Shown piece after piece: positions 8,901 to 21,034 of a stretch of 64,000 bases of DNA. The notes under the pieces were generated by a model. It made no database searches. It worked only from the letters and a program-made list of their open reading frames with translations, and had not been told where the DNA came from. The stretch's first letter is position 1; each line of letters begins with the position of its first letter. The position numbers were made by a program, and so were the translations under genes. Source of the stretch: Cyanophora paradoxa CCMP329 (lineage: Eukaryota > Plantae > Glaucophyta); NCBI GenBank assembly GCA_004431415.1, contig QPMI01000230.1:62001-126000 (forward strand), written 5' to 3'.

Positions 8901-11846
8901 CTGCGGGCGGAGGGGGCAGCCCGTCCACGAGCTGCCGCAGCCGAGCCGCCTCCTCCCGCGCCTCCGCCGCCTCCGCCCGCGCCGCCGCCGCCTCCTCTTC
9001 CATCCGCCCCGCGGCGGCGGCGGCGGCACGCCGGCGGGCGACGAGGACGGAGAGGGAGGCGGCGGCGGCGGCGCGGCGGGCGGCCTCGGCCACGCGGGGC
9101 CGGCGAAGGCGGAGGCGAAGGCGGCGCGGCAGGCGCGGGCGGCGTCGTCGAGGGCCGGGGCCATCCCCGCCGCCAGCAGCGGGCCGGCGACGGCCGCCCG
9201 GCGACCCAGCCCGCCACCGGCACCTCCCGCTCCTCCACCTGCGATCGAGCGGCGAGGGCTCAGGGCCGGACGGGGGCGGGTTGGAGGGGGCGCGCGCCTC
9301 GTCGCGGACGCCGTGAACGGGCCGCGAGCGGCGCTCCCAGCGGATGGCGGCCCCGGGCCGTCCTGCACGGGCACCCGTACCCCTCCTCCGCCCCCTCGAA
9401 GCGCCGCGGTACGCACACGCCCCGCCGCTCCGCCCGCACCTCCACCCGCCCCGCCTCCACCACCGCCCCGGGGCCGCCCCCGCCGCCGCCGCCCAGAGCT
9501 CGTCCAGCGCCCCTCGAGCCACGCCGCCGCCGCCTCCTCCGCCGCCTCCGCCGCCGCCGCCCGGCGGCCACCGCCACGTCGCAGGAGCCGAGCGCGGAGA
9601 GGGCGCCCTCGCCGAGCAGCGCCCCGAAGCGCGCGGCCGCCCGTGCGCGAGCCGCCGCAGCGCGGACCGTGCGAAGCCGGCGGCCTCGCGCCCCGCCGCC
9701 TCCGCCGCGGCCTCCGCCTCGTCCGCGTGGGCGGCGGCCGCCCCGCCGTCTCCGCGCGCGCCCGCAGCGCCCCAAGCGTCCAGGAGGCCGCCGCCTCCGC
9801 CGCGTCGAAGTCGGCCACCGTCTCGCGGCTCCCGAGGGGCCCGCGAGCAGCGCCTCCCGCGCGGCCCGCGAGCGGCCGGCGTCGCCCGCCGCCGCCGCCG
9901 CCGCCGCCTCCGCGACCGCCTCCGCGTGCGCCCGCAGCGCCGCCTCGAGCCCTCCTCGCTCGCCGCCCAGAGCGCGTCCTCCTCCGCGCTCCACGCCCGC
10001 ACCGCCGCCGGCCCCCCCGCCCCGCCTCCTCCTCCTCCCCTGCGGCGCCCCGCATCAGAGTCCGATCCGATCCAGGGCGGAGAGCGTCGTCCTCCGGGGG
10101 CGGACCGTACAGGGCGGCAGCCTCGGCCGCCATCGCCTCCGCCCCGGCGGCGAGCTCCTCCGCCCGCTCCGCCAGCGCCGCGCCCAGCAGCTCGACCGCC
10201 TGCGGCAGGCGGGGGCGAGTGAGGCGCAGGGGCGGGGCGGGCCGTGGCGGGCGGCGCGGGCGCGGGGGCGCGCCTCGGCGAGCGGGGCGAAGGCGGAGCG
10301 GAGGGCGCCAAGGACGGCCTCCCGCACCAGCGCCTCGTTCCGCACGACGGCCGCCACCAGCCGCCCTCCACCCCCGCCAGCCCGCTCTGCACGCCCCGCC
10401 CGTCAGCGGTCGCCCCGCCGCCGCTGCGGCGCGCCCTTCGCGGGCGGCTGCACCTCGGCGAGGGCGCGCTCGGTGTAGGCGCGGCGCTCCGGGGCCGGCG
10501 CCTGCGCCCAGTCCTCCCCGAAGCGCTCCGAGAGGAGCTCCTCCTCCTCCGCGGCGCTCGCCTCGCCGCGCAGCAGCCGCCGCGCCAGCAGCGCCCTCCG
10601 CCCCGCCACGCACGCCACCGCCCCCTCCGCCACCTCCGCCTGCCGCCCCGCCCAGCCCCGTCGGCAAAAGCAGCGCAGACGAATGGCGCTACGGATCGCA
10701 CCCCGGCCTCCGCCATCGCCGTCCGCGCGACGCGCGCCGGCACGTCCGCCGGGTCGAGGGCCCCGCCCTCCGCCGGGCGGTACTGGTCGACCTGCGGCGG
10801 GTGCGTCAGGCGGCGCGGCGGCAACGGCGAAAGCCGGCCCCGCGCGCCTTGTTCACGACGACGAGGAGGCGGTCCGTGAGGTCGGGGCGGCCGCGGAGTA
10901 GCTCCCCGAGCCTCACGTATGCCTCCGCGTTCGCCAGGTCCGTGTAAGAGAGCACGAACAGAACGACGTCGCTCCGCGCCCCCGCCCCCGCCGTCTCCTC
11001 CGCCAGGTGCCCCGCCCCCGCCTCCCCGACGCCTGCCGCCCCGCCGCGGCGCCCGGCCCGCGTCAGCACCGCCCCGCCGAGCGATCGAGCGCCGGCTGCG
11101 CGCGCGGCCGCACCGGCACAGTCGAGGAGCTGGAAGCGCACGCCGGGAGCCTGGGCGCTCCCCGCCGCCGCGAAGCGGATGCTCGCCTCCACGCGCAGCT
11201 CCATCTCTGCGGCCCGCATCACGCGCCCGCCCGCCCCGAGCGGCGCACGGGCGGTCCCGACGTCGACCCACGCACCGCGCATTTCCTTCGCCTTCTGCCC
11301 CGTTCGATCAGCGCGGGCCTCCTCCGACGCATCCCGCAGCCGCTTGTAGATCGAAGGAGCCCCGCTCTCGAGCACGACGCGCGCGCCGCGTCGCAGGCCC
11401 GTCAGGACGGGCGGTCCCGCCCGCTCGACGTGCTCTACCGCCGTCGGTACCGCCGACTCCGACTGCGGCACCCTGCGAGCCTCGTCTCAGGCGTCGAGCC
11501 AACTGGCGCAGCGCGCGGCGGCGTCCCGAGCGGCGCGAACGCACGCGGGTAGGACGACGGTGCCGACGAACGCGTTGCAGAGGGTCGACTTTCCGACATT
11601 CGTGGCGCCGAGGACGATAACTCGGAGGTGCCGCAGCCCGCCCGCCAGCTCCTCCGCGCGGGCGAGGGCTTCTAAGGCACGAGCGAGCGCATCCTGAGCC
11701 CAGCGCGCGGTGTCCTCGAAGACGCCTCTGAGAGCTCTACATCCGCTGCAGATCCGTATTAGGCGAGCGGGGCCACTCGCAGGCGACGTATCTCGCCACA
11801 GCGCGAATTCCACTAGGCTTTCCAGCGCTCCAGCCTCGCACTGCAT
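8872..11846 (-). CDS. Dynamin-like GTPase of bacterial CrfC/YjdA type with C-terminal helical/coiled-coil region; multi-exon, 3' exon structure uncertain
   Basis: G1 VIVLGATNVGKSTLCNAFVGTVVLP, G2 ESAVPTAVEH, G3 LLDCAG|VGEAGAGHL, VVLFVLSYTDL, G4 LLVVVNK|VDQ (split by a GC-AG intron), then RRALLARR..RFGEDW. There is an apparent 1-nt frameshift near 10365. Confidence 0.8.
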
Positions 11847-12149
11847 CGGCGGTCTCTAGCGCAGCCGAGCACGACGGGCAGCTAAGTTGCGCTGCCTGGA
11901 TGTCGGGGCTCTGAACGCTCCGACCTGAACCGGGGCTCTCGATCTGAACGCTGCTGTGCCGCAGAGTCCGAGCGCAGCAGGACCGAGCCCGCGGCGAAGG
12001 CTTCGCTCGACCACCAGCTGCGCATGCATGGCCAGCTGACTAGGTGAAGTGACCCGCTGCAGAAAAGCAGGTTGTCTGACCGAAAAGGGGTACGCGGGCG
12101 AGGCTAGCCGTAGAGCCGGCAGCCAGCCTCAGCTGAGCTAGGGGAGCGG

Positions 12150-12385
12150 TCAGCGCGGGCCTGCGCATGCAGCTGCCACTCAGAGCCAGCTGGCCAGTAC
12201 TAGTACCAGCTAAGCACTAGTGCTCTTTCTGCCAGGCTGCTTCCATATTGATTGTACATGTGCGCTCCTGAGAGGGCCGCGCGTATGCACGCATGCGCAT
12301 TTCACTAGTACTACGTATACCGTAGTAGGAGCGCTATAGCTAGCCCCGCGGCCGCCCCGGGATCCTGTAATTAGATCTAGAGCAT
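12150..12385. repeat. Palindrome-chain block C
   Basis: AGTACTAGT, GCACTAGTGC, TGTACATGT, GCATGCGCAT, TACGTATAC, GCGCTATAGCTAGC (12331), GGATCC, AGATCTAGA. Confidence 0.8.
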
Positions 12386-14368
12386 GTGGCCGCCGGGGCG
12401 CGGCTCGAGGGCGCGCCCCGCGCCGCCTCCCGCCGCCGGCCCCTCCAGCCCCGCGATCCGCACCCCCGGCAGAGCGCGCCTGCGCCGCGCTCCGTCAGAG
12501 GAAGGGGAAGCAAAGAAGGAAGCTAGAGGAATTCGAGGGGAGTGGGGCCGCCGGGCACCGGATGAACTCGCGCGTGCGCCGGCCGACGTGCCGCGCGGCG
12601 CGCCCGTCGAACTCGACCTGAGGGGCGCGGCCTCAGATCAGATCCGATCTGATCTGAGACGCGGACCGTCCGGAGGCGCGAGAGGGCGTACACGTCCTGC
12701 GGACGGGGGTACAGGAGGCTCAGAGCGAAGAAAGTGGGACGGGGGTACGGGGGGCCTAGGCGCGCCTCGAGGTCGCCGGAGTCGCCGAAGAAGGGGGCGG
12801 CCCCTCCCACGAAGCGCAGCGCCCGCAGCGAGGGGCACGTCCCCACCAGGCGCCGCACCTGAGCATGGAGGGGGGGGAGGGGGGTGTACGGTCGTGGGTA
12901 GGCGGCGCGGTGGCAAGCGGTCTCGCGCGCGCACGAAGTTGTAGGGGGTAGGGTGAAGGGTGCACTCGCGCAGGCGCGACCAGCAGCTCAGATCCTCCTT
13001 CGAGAGCTTGGGGGGTACAGGGTGAGAAAGAGTACGTCTTGAGGGGGAACGGGGTGGGGGGTACCTGGAATGCGACCTCTTCGCACTGGAGCTCGAGGGT
13101 CTGGGGGGCGAGGTCGGGGTCGAAACGGGGCCGGCGTGGACTCGAGCCGGGGCGGGGCGGGGCCGGGGCCGCACCTCGAGGTCGGCCAGCTGCAGCAGCG
13201 CGGCGGCGAGGCTCGCGCTGCGCTCCCGTCGGCGGGGGCACGGCGCGCGGGGTCGCGGGAGCGGGGGCCCGGACCTGCGGTGGTCGGAGCGGGCGGCGAG
13301 GTGGCGGATGCGGGGGCAGGCGGCGAGGGGCGCGGCGTCGGCGCCGCGGGCGAGGCGGATGTCGAGGGCGGTGAGGGCGGGGAGGCGGGGCAGGGCGGCC
13401 AGGCCGCGCAGCTCGAAGCCGAGGGCGAGGGAGGCGAGGGCGGGGAGGCCGGCGAGGGGCTCCAGGTCCGGCCCCCGCGCCCCGCCGAGGAGGCCGCCCC
13501 GAGGCCGGCGAGACGAGGGCGAGGGAGAGGGCGGCGAGGCGCGGGGCGGCGCAGGCGGCGGCGAGGGCGGGGCCCGCGCCCTCCGCCCGCACCGCCGCCG
13601 CGCACGCCGAGAGCGCCGTCAGGCACGGCAGGGCGCCGACGAGGGCCCGCAGGGAGGCCGCCGAGAGGGCACGCCGGGCAGGCTCAGCGCCCGCAGGCCG
13701 GCGGGAGGGGCGGGGGGGCGCGGGGGGCGGGAGGCGGGGCGAGGGCGCGGGTGGCGGCGGGGGCACGTGGACGGCGAGGATGCGGAGGGCGGGGAAGGAG
13801 GCGGCGAGCTCGGCGAGCCCGCGAAGGGCGGGCAGGCGGCGCCGGGCGCGGGCCCGCCGGCGGAGAGCTCGATCTCCAGGGACTCGAGCGAGGCGCCGGC
13901 GGCGGCCGCGAGGCGCCGGAGCGCGTCAGACGGGCGCTCGAGCGCGGTGGAGAGGAGCGCGAGGCGGCGGATGGCCCCCGCCGGCGCCCGCCCCGCCAGC
14001 CGTCCCGCGTCGCCGTCCGTCGCGCCGCCCGCGACGACGCAGCGCCACAGCGCCGCTTCCGCCCGCCGCAGCGCGTCGCGGAAGCGCCGGCAGACGCCCG
14101 CCAGCGCCGGCCAGAGCGCCGCGAGGCTGCGCAGGTTCGTCTCGGGCCCCGCGTCCTCCGCTGGCCCCGGGAGGCCGGCGGCGTACAGCGGGCGCCGAGG
14201 AGCCGCCCGTCGCATGCACGCGACGAGCACCTCCGCCAGCAGCTCGTCGGGCAGCGCGAGGATTCCGCTAGCTGGGGCGAATAGCGAACCCGTGTCCGGC
14301 GTGCCCGCATCGTTCGCCTGCGCAGCTGAATCCGCCCGGGCGCGCTTCGCACGGCGCTCAGTCTGCAT
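12377..14368 (-). CDS. F-box/leucine-rich-repeat protein; multi-exon
   Basis: F-box ILALPDELLAEVL..LAGVCRRFRDAL. LRR units (LPCLTALS, LAALSL, CPSLRALRF, CSRLRECTL). The last exon ends ..GGHML-TAG at 12379-12377. Confidence 0.75.
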
Positions 14369-14469
14369 GCAGGGTGCTGCCGCGTGCTCGATTCAAGCGC
14401 GTACCCCCAGACTTCACCTGACCCGCGACCGCAGCTTCAGCCACCACCGTGGCACCCGCGCCGCGAGCG

Positions 14470-14715
14470 ATGGCAAGCGATCCGATGCAGCTTCTCCCAC
14501 TGGAAGAGCTGGTCGCCAGATTTCTGAACCCGCAGCAGAAGGAAGCGTTCATGAAGCTGGAGCCCGAAGCGCGCCTGAACTTCTGCAACAGGCTCCTGGA
14601 CAACAATCCGCGACTGCGTCGGATGTATCGAGACAAGTTAGCTGGGATGACGAGTGCAAGCGAGTCGCCGACGACGTCGGACACGTACATCGAGCGGCCA
14701 GCTGCGGGGCGATGA
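14470..14715 (+). CDS. Small intronless orphan protein (81 aa)
   Basis: ATG-initiated ORF with natural, helical-looking composition (MASDPMQLLPLEELVARFLNPQQKEAFMKLEPEARLNFCNRLL..) and GC3-biased codons. It lies head-to-head with the F-box gene. Confidence 0.5.
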   Translation: MASDPMQLLPLEELVARFLNPQQKEAFMKLEPEARLNFCNRLLDNNPRLRRMYRDKLAGMTSASESPTTSDTYIERPAAGR

Positions 14716-14885
14716 CCGATATATATATGTATCATGTGAGCTCGGATCGGCTGGGGTGAATGCGAATGCGCACGTGCACGTTCGAATTCACATGCACGTG
14801 CACGTGTGGTGCACGTGTGATGCGCCCCCAACTCTCATGATATCGATCGGTCTGTTGTGCGTCAAATAATTATAACTTATTCATA
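14715..14885. repeat. Palindrome-chain block D
   Basis: GATATATATATG, GCACGTGCACG repeated, TTCGAATTC, TCATGATATCGATCG, TTATAA, between convergent 3' ends. Confidence 0.7.
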
Positions 14886-14946
14886 GTAAAACAAGTAACT
14901 GCCGGCATGAAGTCCGGCCCCTCAAGCCCCGGCGGGGCCGGGCCCC

Positions 14947-17096
14947 CTAGAGCCGGCTGGTGTCGAGGTCCCAGTCGGATGCGGGCCCCGGCCCCAGGAG
15001 CGGCGACCCGCCCTCCGCCGCCTCCGCCTCCGCAGCGGGGTCTCGGGCCCCCCGCGGGGCCGCCTGGGGCCAGGCGCGGAGCGCGGAGGCGGCGCAGGCG
15101 AGGGCGCCGAGGGCGGCGGCGGAGCTGGCGAAGAAGGGGAGGCCGAGGGGCGCGGGGGTGCCCTTGGCGGCGGCGAAGAGCTTGCCGGCGAGGGGCGGCC
15201 CGAGGACGCGGGAGATGGTCCCGAGGGAGCCCAGCGCCCCGTTCAGCGCCCCCTGCTCCCGCGCCTCGTACAGCCCCGCCTGCCCGCGCGGCCCCGCCGT
15301 CAGCCTCTCGCGGGGGCGGGGCGGGGCGGGGCGGTGTCGCCTGGAGGGAGCGGAGGAGGGTGAGGTCCATGAGGGAGGGGAGAGAGACCGCCAGCGCGAG
15401 GTACGCGTGCCACGTCCTCCCCACCAGGCCCTGGGGGGGAGGGGAGGAGGGGGGTGGGGGGGTCGCAGGGGGTACGCGCAAGGGAGGGGCGGGGGCGCGG
15501 ACGAGGAGGAGCCAGCGGAGGGCGCAGAGGGCGAGGGCGGCGAGGAGGGCGCGCCGCTCCCCGAGGGCCCCCGTCGCCCGCCGCAGCAGCAGCCCCTGCG
15601 GGGGTACCGGTCGGCAGGGGCGCCCCGGCGCAGAGGCGCTTCTGGGAGGGAAGTACGAGTGCGAGGCAGGACGCGAGGCCGAAGCAGGCGAGGAAGGCGC
15701 CGTGCCGCGGCTGGTCCCACCCGAGCCTGCGCCCGCTCAATCGTGGGACCAAAACGGGGCAAATGAATTGGACCGGGGGGCGGCGGGAGGGACGGGGTAC
15801 GCGCACCGCTCCGTGGCGAAGAGGATCCAAACGTTGTAGGATCCCTGCGCCAGGGACACCAGGAAGAAGCACGCCGTGAGGAACCTGGGGGGTACGGCAT
15901 CAGGTGGGGCCGGAGGCAAGGTGATGGGGGTACATCACGGGATCGGCGCACGAGACGGGGGTCGAGCGGAAGAGGAGGGCGAGGGGCCGGAAGGGGCTGG
16001 CGTCTCTGAGGGAGAGGGGGGCACGGGCCGCCCCGTCCCGCTTCGCGTCCTGCGGGGGGTAGGTGAATCCAGGAAGGAAAGCGCACGGGGGGGCGGAGCG
16101 GGGGTACGTGGAGGGTGGGCCGCGCCTGGGCGGGCTCGGGGAGGAAGCGGGCGGCGAAGGCGGCCGCCGCGGCGACGGTCACGGCGGCGGCGACGAACGG
16201 CAGCCGCAGCGAGCGGGCCCCCAGCGCCCCCCCGATGGCCTGCCCGCCGGGGGCGGTGTGGGAGGAGGGCGCAGGGGGAGGGGGCTGGGCGGGGGCGCGC
16301 GCACCGGCCCGACGACGAAGCCGGCGCCGAAGCAGATGCCCACGAGCGCGTACTCCCCCGAGAGCTGCCCCTCCCGGTACCCCTCCCCCGCGGGGGACGC
16401 CCCGCCCCGCTCGCGCTCCGCCTCCCGCGCCGCGCTCGCGCTCAGGTCGCCGAGGTACCTGCACCGAGGTCGGGGGCACGCGAGCGGTCGGGCCGGGGTG
16501 GGCGGGGAGGGGGTACGGACGCGTAGGCGAGCTCGACGAAGGCGCCGGTGGCGCCCGAGGCGAGGAAGCCGGCGAGGAGGAGGGCCGGCGTGCCGAAGCT
16601 CTCCAGCAGGAAGCCGCAGGCCGAGCCGCACAGGCTCAGGACCATGAACGGCTTCCGGCGGCCCGCGCGGTCTGCCGCGCCGCGCGCGCCGCGTCGACGT
16701 CGACGTCGGGCGCGCGGGGCGCGGAGGCGCGGCGCACCGCTGAGCTGCCCGAAGAGCGGTTTAGCGAAGAACTCGAGCGCGTTCTGGACCGCGATGAGGA
16801 GGCCCGTCTGCGCCCCGCGCGTCCACGCCGGTCAGCCCGGTCGGCTCGGCGCGCGCAGAGAGCGGGCAGAAGCCGCACGGCGACCGAGGCGTCCGCTGCG
16901 TCGCCTCCGACCGCCCGCTGGACCAGCGGCGCTAGGGAGGTCACTGTACAGCTTGTGGACGCGCAGTCAAATGTGCAGTCAAAGCCTTGCAGCGGAAGAG
17001 GAAGAGGCCTATGAGTGGAAGACGAGCGCACCCGAGGCTGAACAGGAACGCGAAGAGGACGACGCCGAGACGCGCGCGCGGCGACAGTGTCTCCAT
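14947..17096 (-). CDS. Major facilitator superfamily transporter (DHA1/tetracycline-efflux-like); multi-exon
   Basis: Hydrophobic segments LGVVLFAFLFSL, TGLLIAVQNALEFFAKPLFGQLS|D..GRRKPFMVLSL (MFS motif A), GICFGAGFVVGP, QGALNGALGSLGTISRVLGP. Confidence 0.85.
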
Positions 17097-17379
17097 CGCG
17101 CGCGGCCGGCCCGCGCGCGTGGACGCCGTGGGCGCTTTCCGGCCGTCGGTTCTGGTGCTGAGCTTAAACGGGCTAGATTGACTGTTGAGATGTAAGGGCG
17201 CGACCAGACGCGTGCAGGCAGCCCCCGCTAGAACCGGCACCGTGTCGTGAGGGGTACGACAAAAGCCACACGAGCCGACTTGGCGCGAGGGCTGTATTGA
17301 GCGTACTTCGGCAGCAAATCAATCACGTGAGCATCGGGCGAGCCGGTGTAGAGGTCAGCCCGGACGCGGGCGCCCTACA

Positions 17380-20300
17380 ATGTCGAGCCTCGTCGTCGAG
17401 GACCTTGTGTCGGGGCTTTCTGAATGGCGTAACATACAGGAGATCGTGCGCATGGTGAGTTGCTTGCTCTCTGCACACCCGACGCCACCCGCCCCGCCAA
17501 ATTCAAACTTGCGGCTCACACACCGTTCGCCCGGGGCGCCGCAGACCTTCAACGCGCTTCACGGTGTGCATGCGCCTAGATGCACGCAGGGTTTCGAAGC
17601 AGGCGTTCCCGAAGCTGACTCGGCCGCCCGCTCCCGCCGCAGACGTCGTGAAGGCACAGGGGGAGGCCATCAAGTCGCTGGAGGGGCAAGTGCGCGAGCT
17701 TCAGACGTCGGCGATGGAGAAAGCATCTCGCTCGGAGCTCAACTCGGCGCTCCGGAACAAGGCGCGCTGGGCTGCCGCCCGCCAGCACGGTTTGGGCCGC
17801 TGAGGGCTCGCCCCTTGCGCAGGCAAACATACCGGACGTCAACAGGAGCATAATGGAGCTGGAGAGGCTGCTCGACACCAAGGCAGAGACCTCGGCTGTG
17901 CGGGAGCTAGTCGACAAGAAGTTCAAGGCGGCAACGAAGGAGCTCGAGCGCGCGGGTGGGGACAGGGCCTCGAAGGCGCGCCCGCCTTAGCTAGGAGCGC
18001 CGCGAGCGCCGCGCGCGGGGCGAGCGGGCCGGCAGGCGGAGTTCGACAACTTCGCGGCGCTGGTGAAGGAGGACATCCGGCAGGCGCACCGCTCGCTGGT
18101 GGACATGGACAGGAAGCTGGAGGGCAAGGCGGACCAGGACTACCTGGCGGCGCACTTCGCCTCGAAGGCGGAGGTCGCGGCGCTGCAGACGCTCGTCGCG
18201 CAGGCCGACGAGGCCCGCGCCTTCGAGAAGTCCCTCGACACGAAGGCGAGCAAGAGCGAGCTCAACGGCGCCATCAGCAGCTTCATGCAGGAGATGTCCG
18301 AGGTCGGCGGCCGGCGCGCCGCGGCGCCGCGGTTGCGTGCTGAGGCCGCCGGCGGGGGCGGGCAGGTGACGCGGACGGTGTCGGAGATGATGCGGGAGCT
18401 GTCGGAGAAGGCGGACACGACGTTCGTGGCGGCGCAGCTCGAGAAGCGCGTCTCCAAGGCCGAGCTGCAGGCCACCCTCCGCGCCAACCTCGAGGAGGTC
18501 CAGGTCCGCCCCATCTCCCTTCCTTCCTTTCCTTTCCTTTCTTTTCGGTCCGACGCTCGTCGGGCCCCGTCCAGGGCGCCGTGGATCGGCAGGACCACGC
18601 CGTGAAGGGCTTGCGGCTGGACCTGGAGTCGAAGCTGGCGGGCCTGCAGGACGCGCTCGCGAGCAAGGCCGGCAAGCAGGCCGTCGAGAACGCCCTGCAC
18701 AGCAAGGCCAGCCGCTCCCAGGTCCGCTCCCCGCTCTCTCTTCTTCTCCCTCCTCTCTGCGCCGACGGGCGGCGGGCAGCTGGAGGAGGCGGTGACGCGC
18801 CTGGAGACGGGCCTGGCGCGCAAGGCGGACAAGGACGAGGTGCGCCGGCGCCGGGCCCCCGCGGCTGGGCCGCCGGGCCGCCTCAGAGGCGCGCTGGGGT
18901 GCAGGTGCAGTCGGCAACGCTGGAGGCGCGGCGGGAGCTGGAGCTCTTCGCGACGCGGGCGGAGGTGGAGGCCAAGTTCGCCGCCGGCGACCAGAAGCTC
19001 GACGCCCGCGCCGCCGCCGCAGCCCGCCAGGCGCCCCCGCCCTGCCCCGCCCCCCCGCATCCCGCCCGGCGGTCTCCTTACCCTCCTCTCTCCTGCGCGG
19101 CAGCTACGGACGGAGGTCGAGGGGCGCATCGATTCGATCCAGGAGGTCCGTTCGGGGTACTCCGGCCCGGGGCTGTACCCCGCCTGACGCGGGGCCCCCA
19201 GGTCCTCGATGCGAAGGCGTCGGCGGCGGAAGTCCGCGCGGCCACCTCCTCCAAGGCGCGCCCCGCGCCCCCGCAGCCCCGTACCCCCATCCTGACCCGC
19301 TCGCGTACCCAGGCGGACAAGAACGAGGTCGCTGCGCTGCGGCAGGCGGTCGAGCAGCTCGACCGCATTGTCGAGCGCAAGGCGGGCGTACCCCTCCGGT
19401 CGATGCCGTACCCCCCGTCTGATGGTGTACCCCTCAGGCGAACCTGGACGAGCTGCACGCCGCGCTGGAGGGCAAGGCCGACACGAAGGACCTGATCCAG
19501 AAGATCAACACGCAGGTTCGAGCCCCGGCTGGGCGATGCCAGGCCGCCTGCCTCACGGCGGGGCAGGACGTGTTTGAGCTGGTGGACACGAAGGCCGGCA
19601 TCGAGGACGTCAACCGCGTCCTCGCCGAGGCGAGCACCCGCCCGCCCGCCCGCCCGCCCGCCCGCCGGCGCGGCATCGGGCCCGCGCGGGGCTTGTGCGA
19701 CCTCCGGCGCCGCAGGTGAACAAGGAGCTGAACAAGCGGGCGAAGGCGGACGAGATCCAGGAGGTGCAGGTCCGGCTCGGCGACGTCAGCCAGGCGAGCC
19801 GTGCTCCCCGCCCGCCCGCTCACCCCCCGACCGCGCTCACGCCCGCCCCGAAACAGGCGCTCGCCCACATGGCGATGTACGGCCGCTGGATCTGGAAGTC
19901 CGGGAAGACCAAGGTTCGAGCCCCGCCGGACCCTTTCCGGCCGCGCCGGAGCCGAGCGCTCGGGCCGGCGCAGGGACCTGGCGGGGGCGTCCCGTGGAAC
20001 GTGCAGGTGGTGAACACGGCGCCGGACAACTTCCAGTGGGAGAAGGACCGCGTCAACATCCAGGTACCCCGCCGTCGTCTGTCTGCCGCACCCCGCGCCC
20101 CGTGGCGAGCTCCGTCCGCAGCTGGCCGCCCCGGGGCTCTACGAGGTCACCTTCGGCTTCTACGCGCGCAAGAAGCCCACCGTGCAGCTCCTCGTCAACG
20201 GCGACCCGGTACCCCCAACCTACGACCCCTTGTACCAACTTCCTTCACCCACGACCCCTCCTCAGGTGCTCTCGGCGATGAACTCCACGAGCTACGCCGT

Positions 20301-20575
20301 CCACCACAGGTACCCGTACCCCCCTCCACGCATCGAACCCGCTGACCCGGGGTACGCAGCTCGGGGCGGCTGACGAGCGTGGACCGGCACCCGGCGGGCA
20401 ACGTGACGGGGCTCACCCTCCTGGACTTCCTCGCCCTACCCCCGCGCGCGAAGGTGCGGTACCCCCGCTACTGTTCTTCCTCCGCGATTCTGCCGCCGAA
20501 CCGCCGCGCCAGATCGCGATCACGTACGCTGGCGAGGAGGGCGCGGAGGGCTTCATTGGGCTGCGGAAGCTGTAG
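17380..20575 (+). CDS. Coiled-coil 'KA-repeat' protein with C-terminal C1q/TNF-like beta domain; 21 exons
   Basis: N-term EWRNIQEIVRM|TFNALHDVVKAQG, many LxxKAxxxEV repeats, C-term GRWIWKSG..VPWNVQVVNTAPDNFQW..PGLYEVTFGFY..VQLLVNG..GLTLLDFLALPPRAK..EGFIGLRKL*. Twenty introns traced, 7 of them GC-AG. Confidence 0.8.
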
Positions 20576-20597
20576 AGCTAGCCGCGGCTGCGCTCTC

Positions 20598-20602
20598 TGT
20601 AA
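20598..20602 (+). promoter_or_regulatory. Putative TGTAA polyadenylation signal (also 40859, 44881, 53913 on +; 28029, 58094 on -)
   Basis: TGTAA lies about 20-110 nt after the stop of six genes, on the sense strand. UGUAA is the known Chlamydomonas-type poly(A) signal. Confidence 0.45.
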
Positions 20603-20937
20603 TTTCAGTTTGGCCATGGCGTGCTGTGCACGCGAGCCCTGTTCAGCGCGCGGCCTGCAAACCACGAACTGATCATAGTTTTGCAATTTGCCGATTTGCC
20701 GACGGCGCAATTGCCCCGTACCCCTGCGATAGTAGACACATACCCTGGAATCCCCGGTCACCTGACGTATACGTACGTCAGCTGCACTGCCTGACGATGA
20801 GCTTCGGATCGGAGGCAGACGCGTTGTCAGCTGCAGCCGCTGAGTATTCCCCGATCGGTCACCTGACGATGGCTGTCGAGGTCTAATGTGAACGCGACTA
20901 GTCGGTCAGTCTACGTACCGCAAGAGGCGAGCAAGCA

Positions 20938-20978
20938 AGGACTTGGAAGCAAGCACCCCGAGGACTTGGAAGCAAGCA
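20938..20978. repeat. 18-bp direct repeat upstream of the F-box/ankyrin gene
   Basis: AGGACTTGGAAGCAAGCA at 20938-20955 and 20961-20978. Confidence 0.85.
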
Positions 20979-21034
20979 TCTGAAGCTGAGACGGCGAGCA
21001 CAGTTTGAGCACGAGTGACGCCGGGCGCCCCGCA

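Noticed and set aside
19515-19930. tRNA T-loop-like GGTTCGAGCCCC (19515, 19913; similar at 56213 and 63111)
   Set aside because: These are exon|gttcga intron donors or intron interior. No cloverleaf or A-box can be built upstream.
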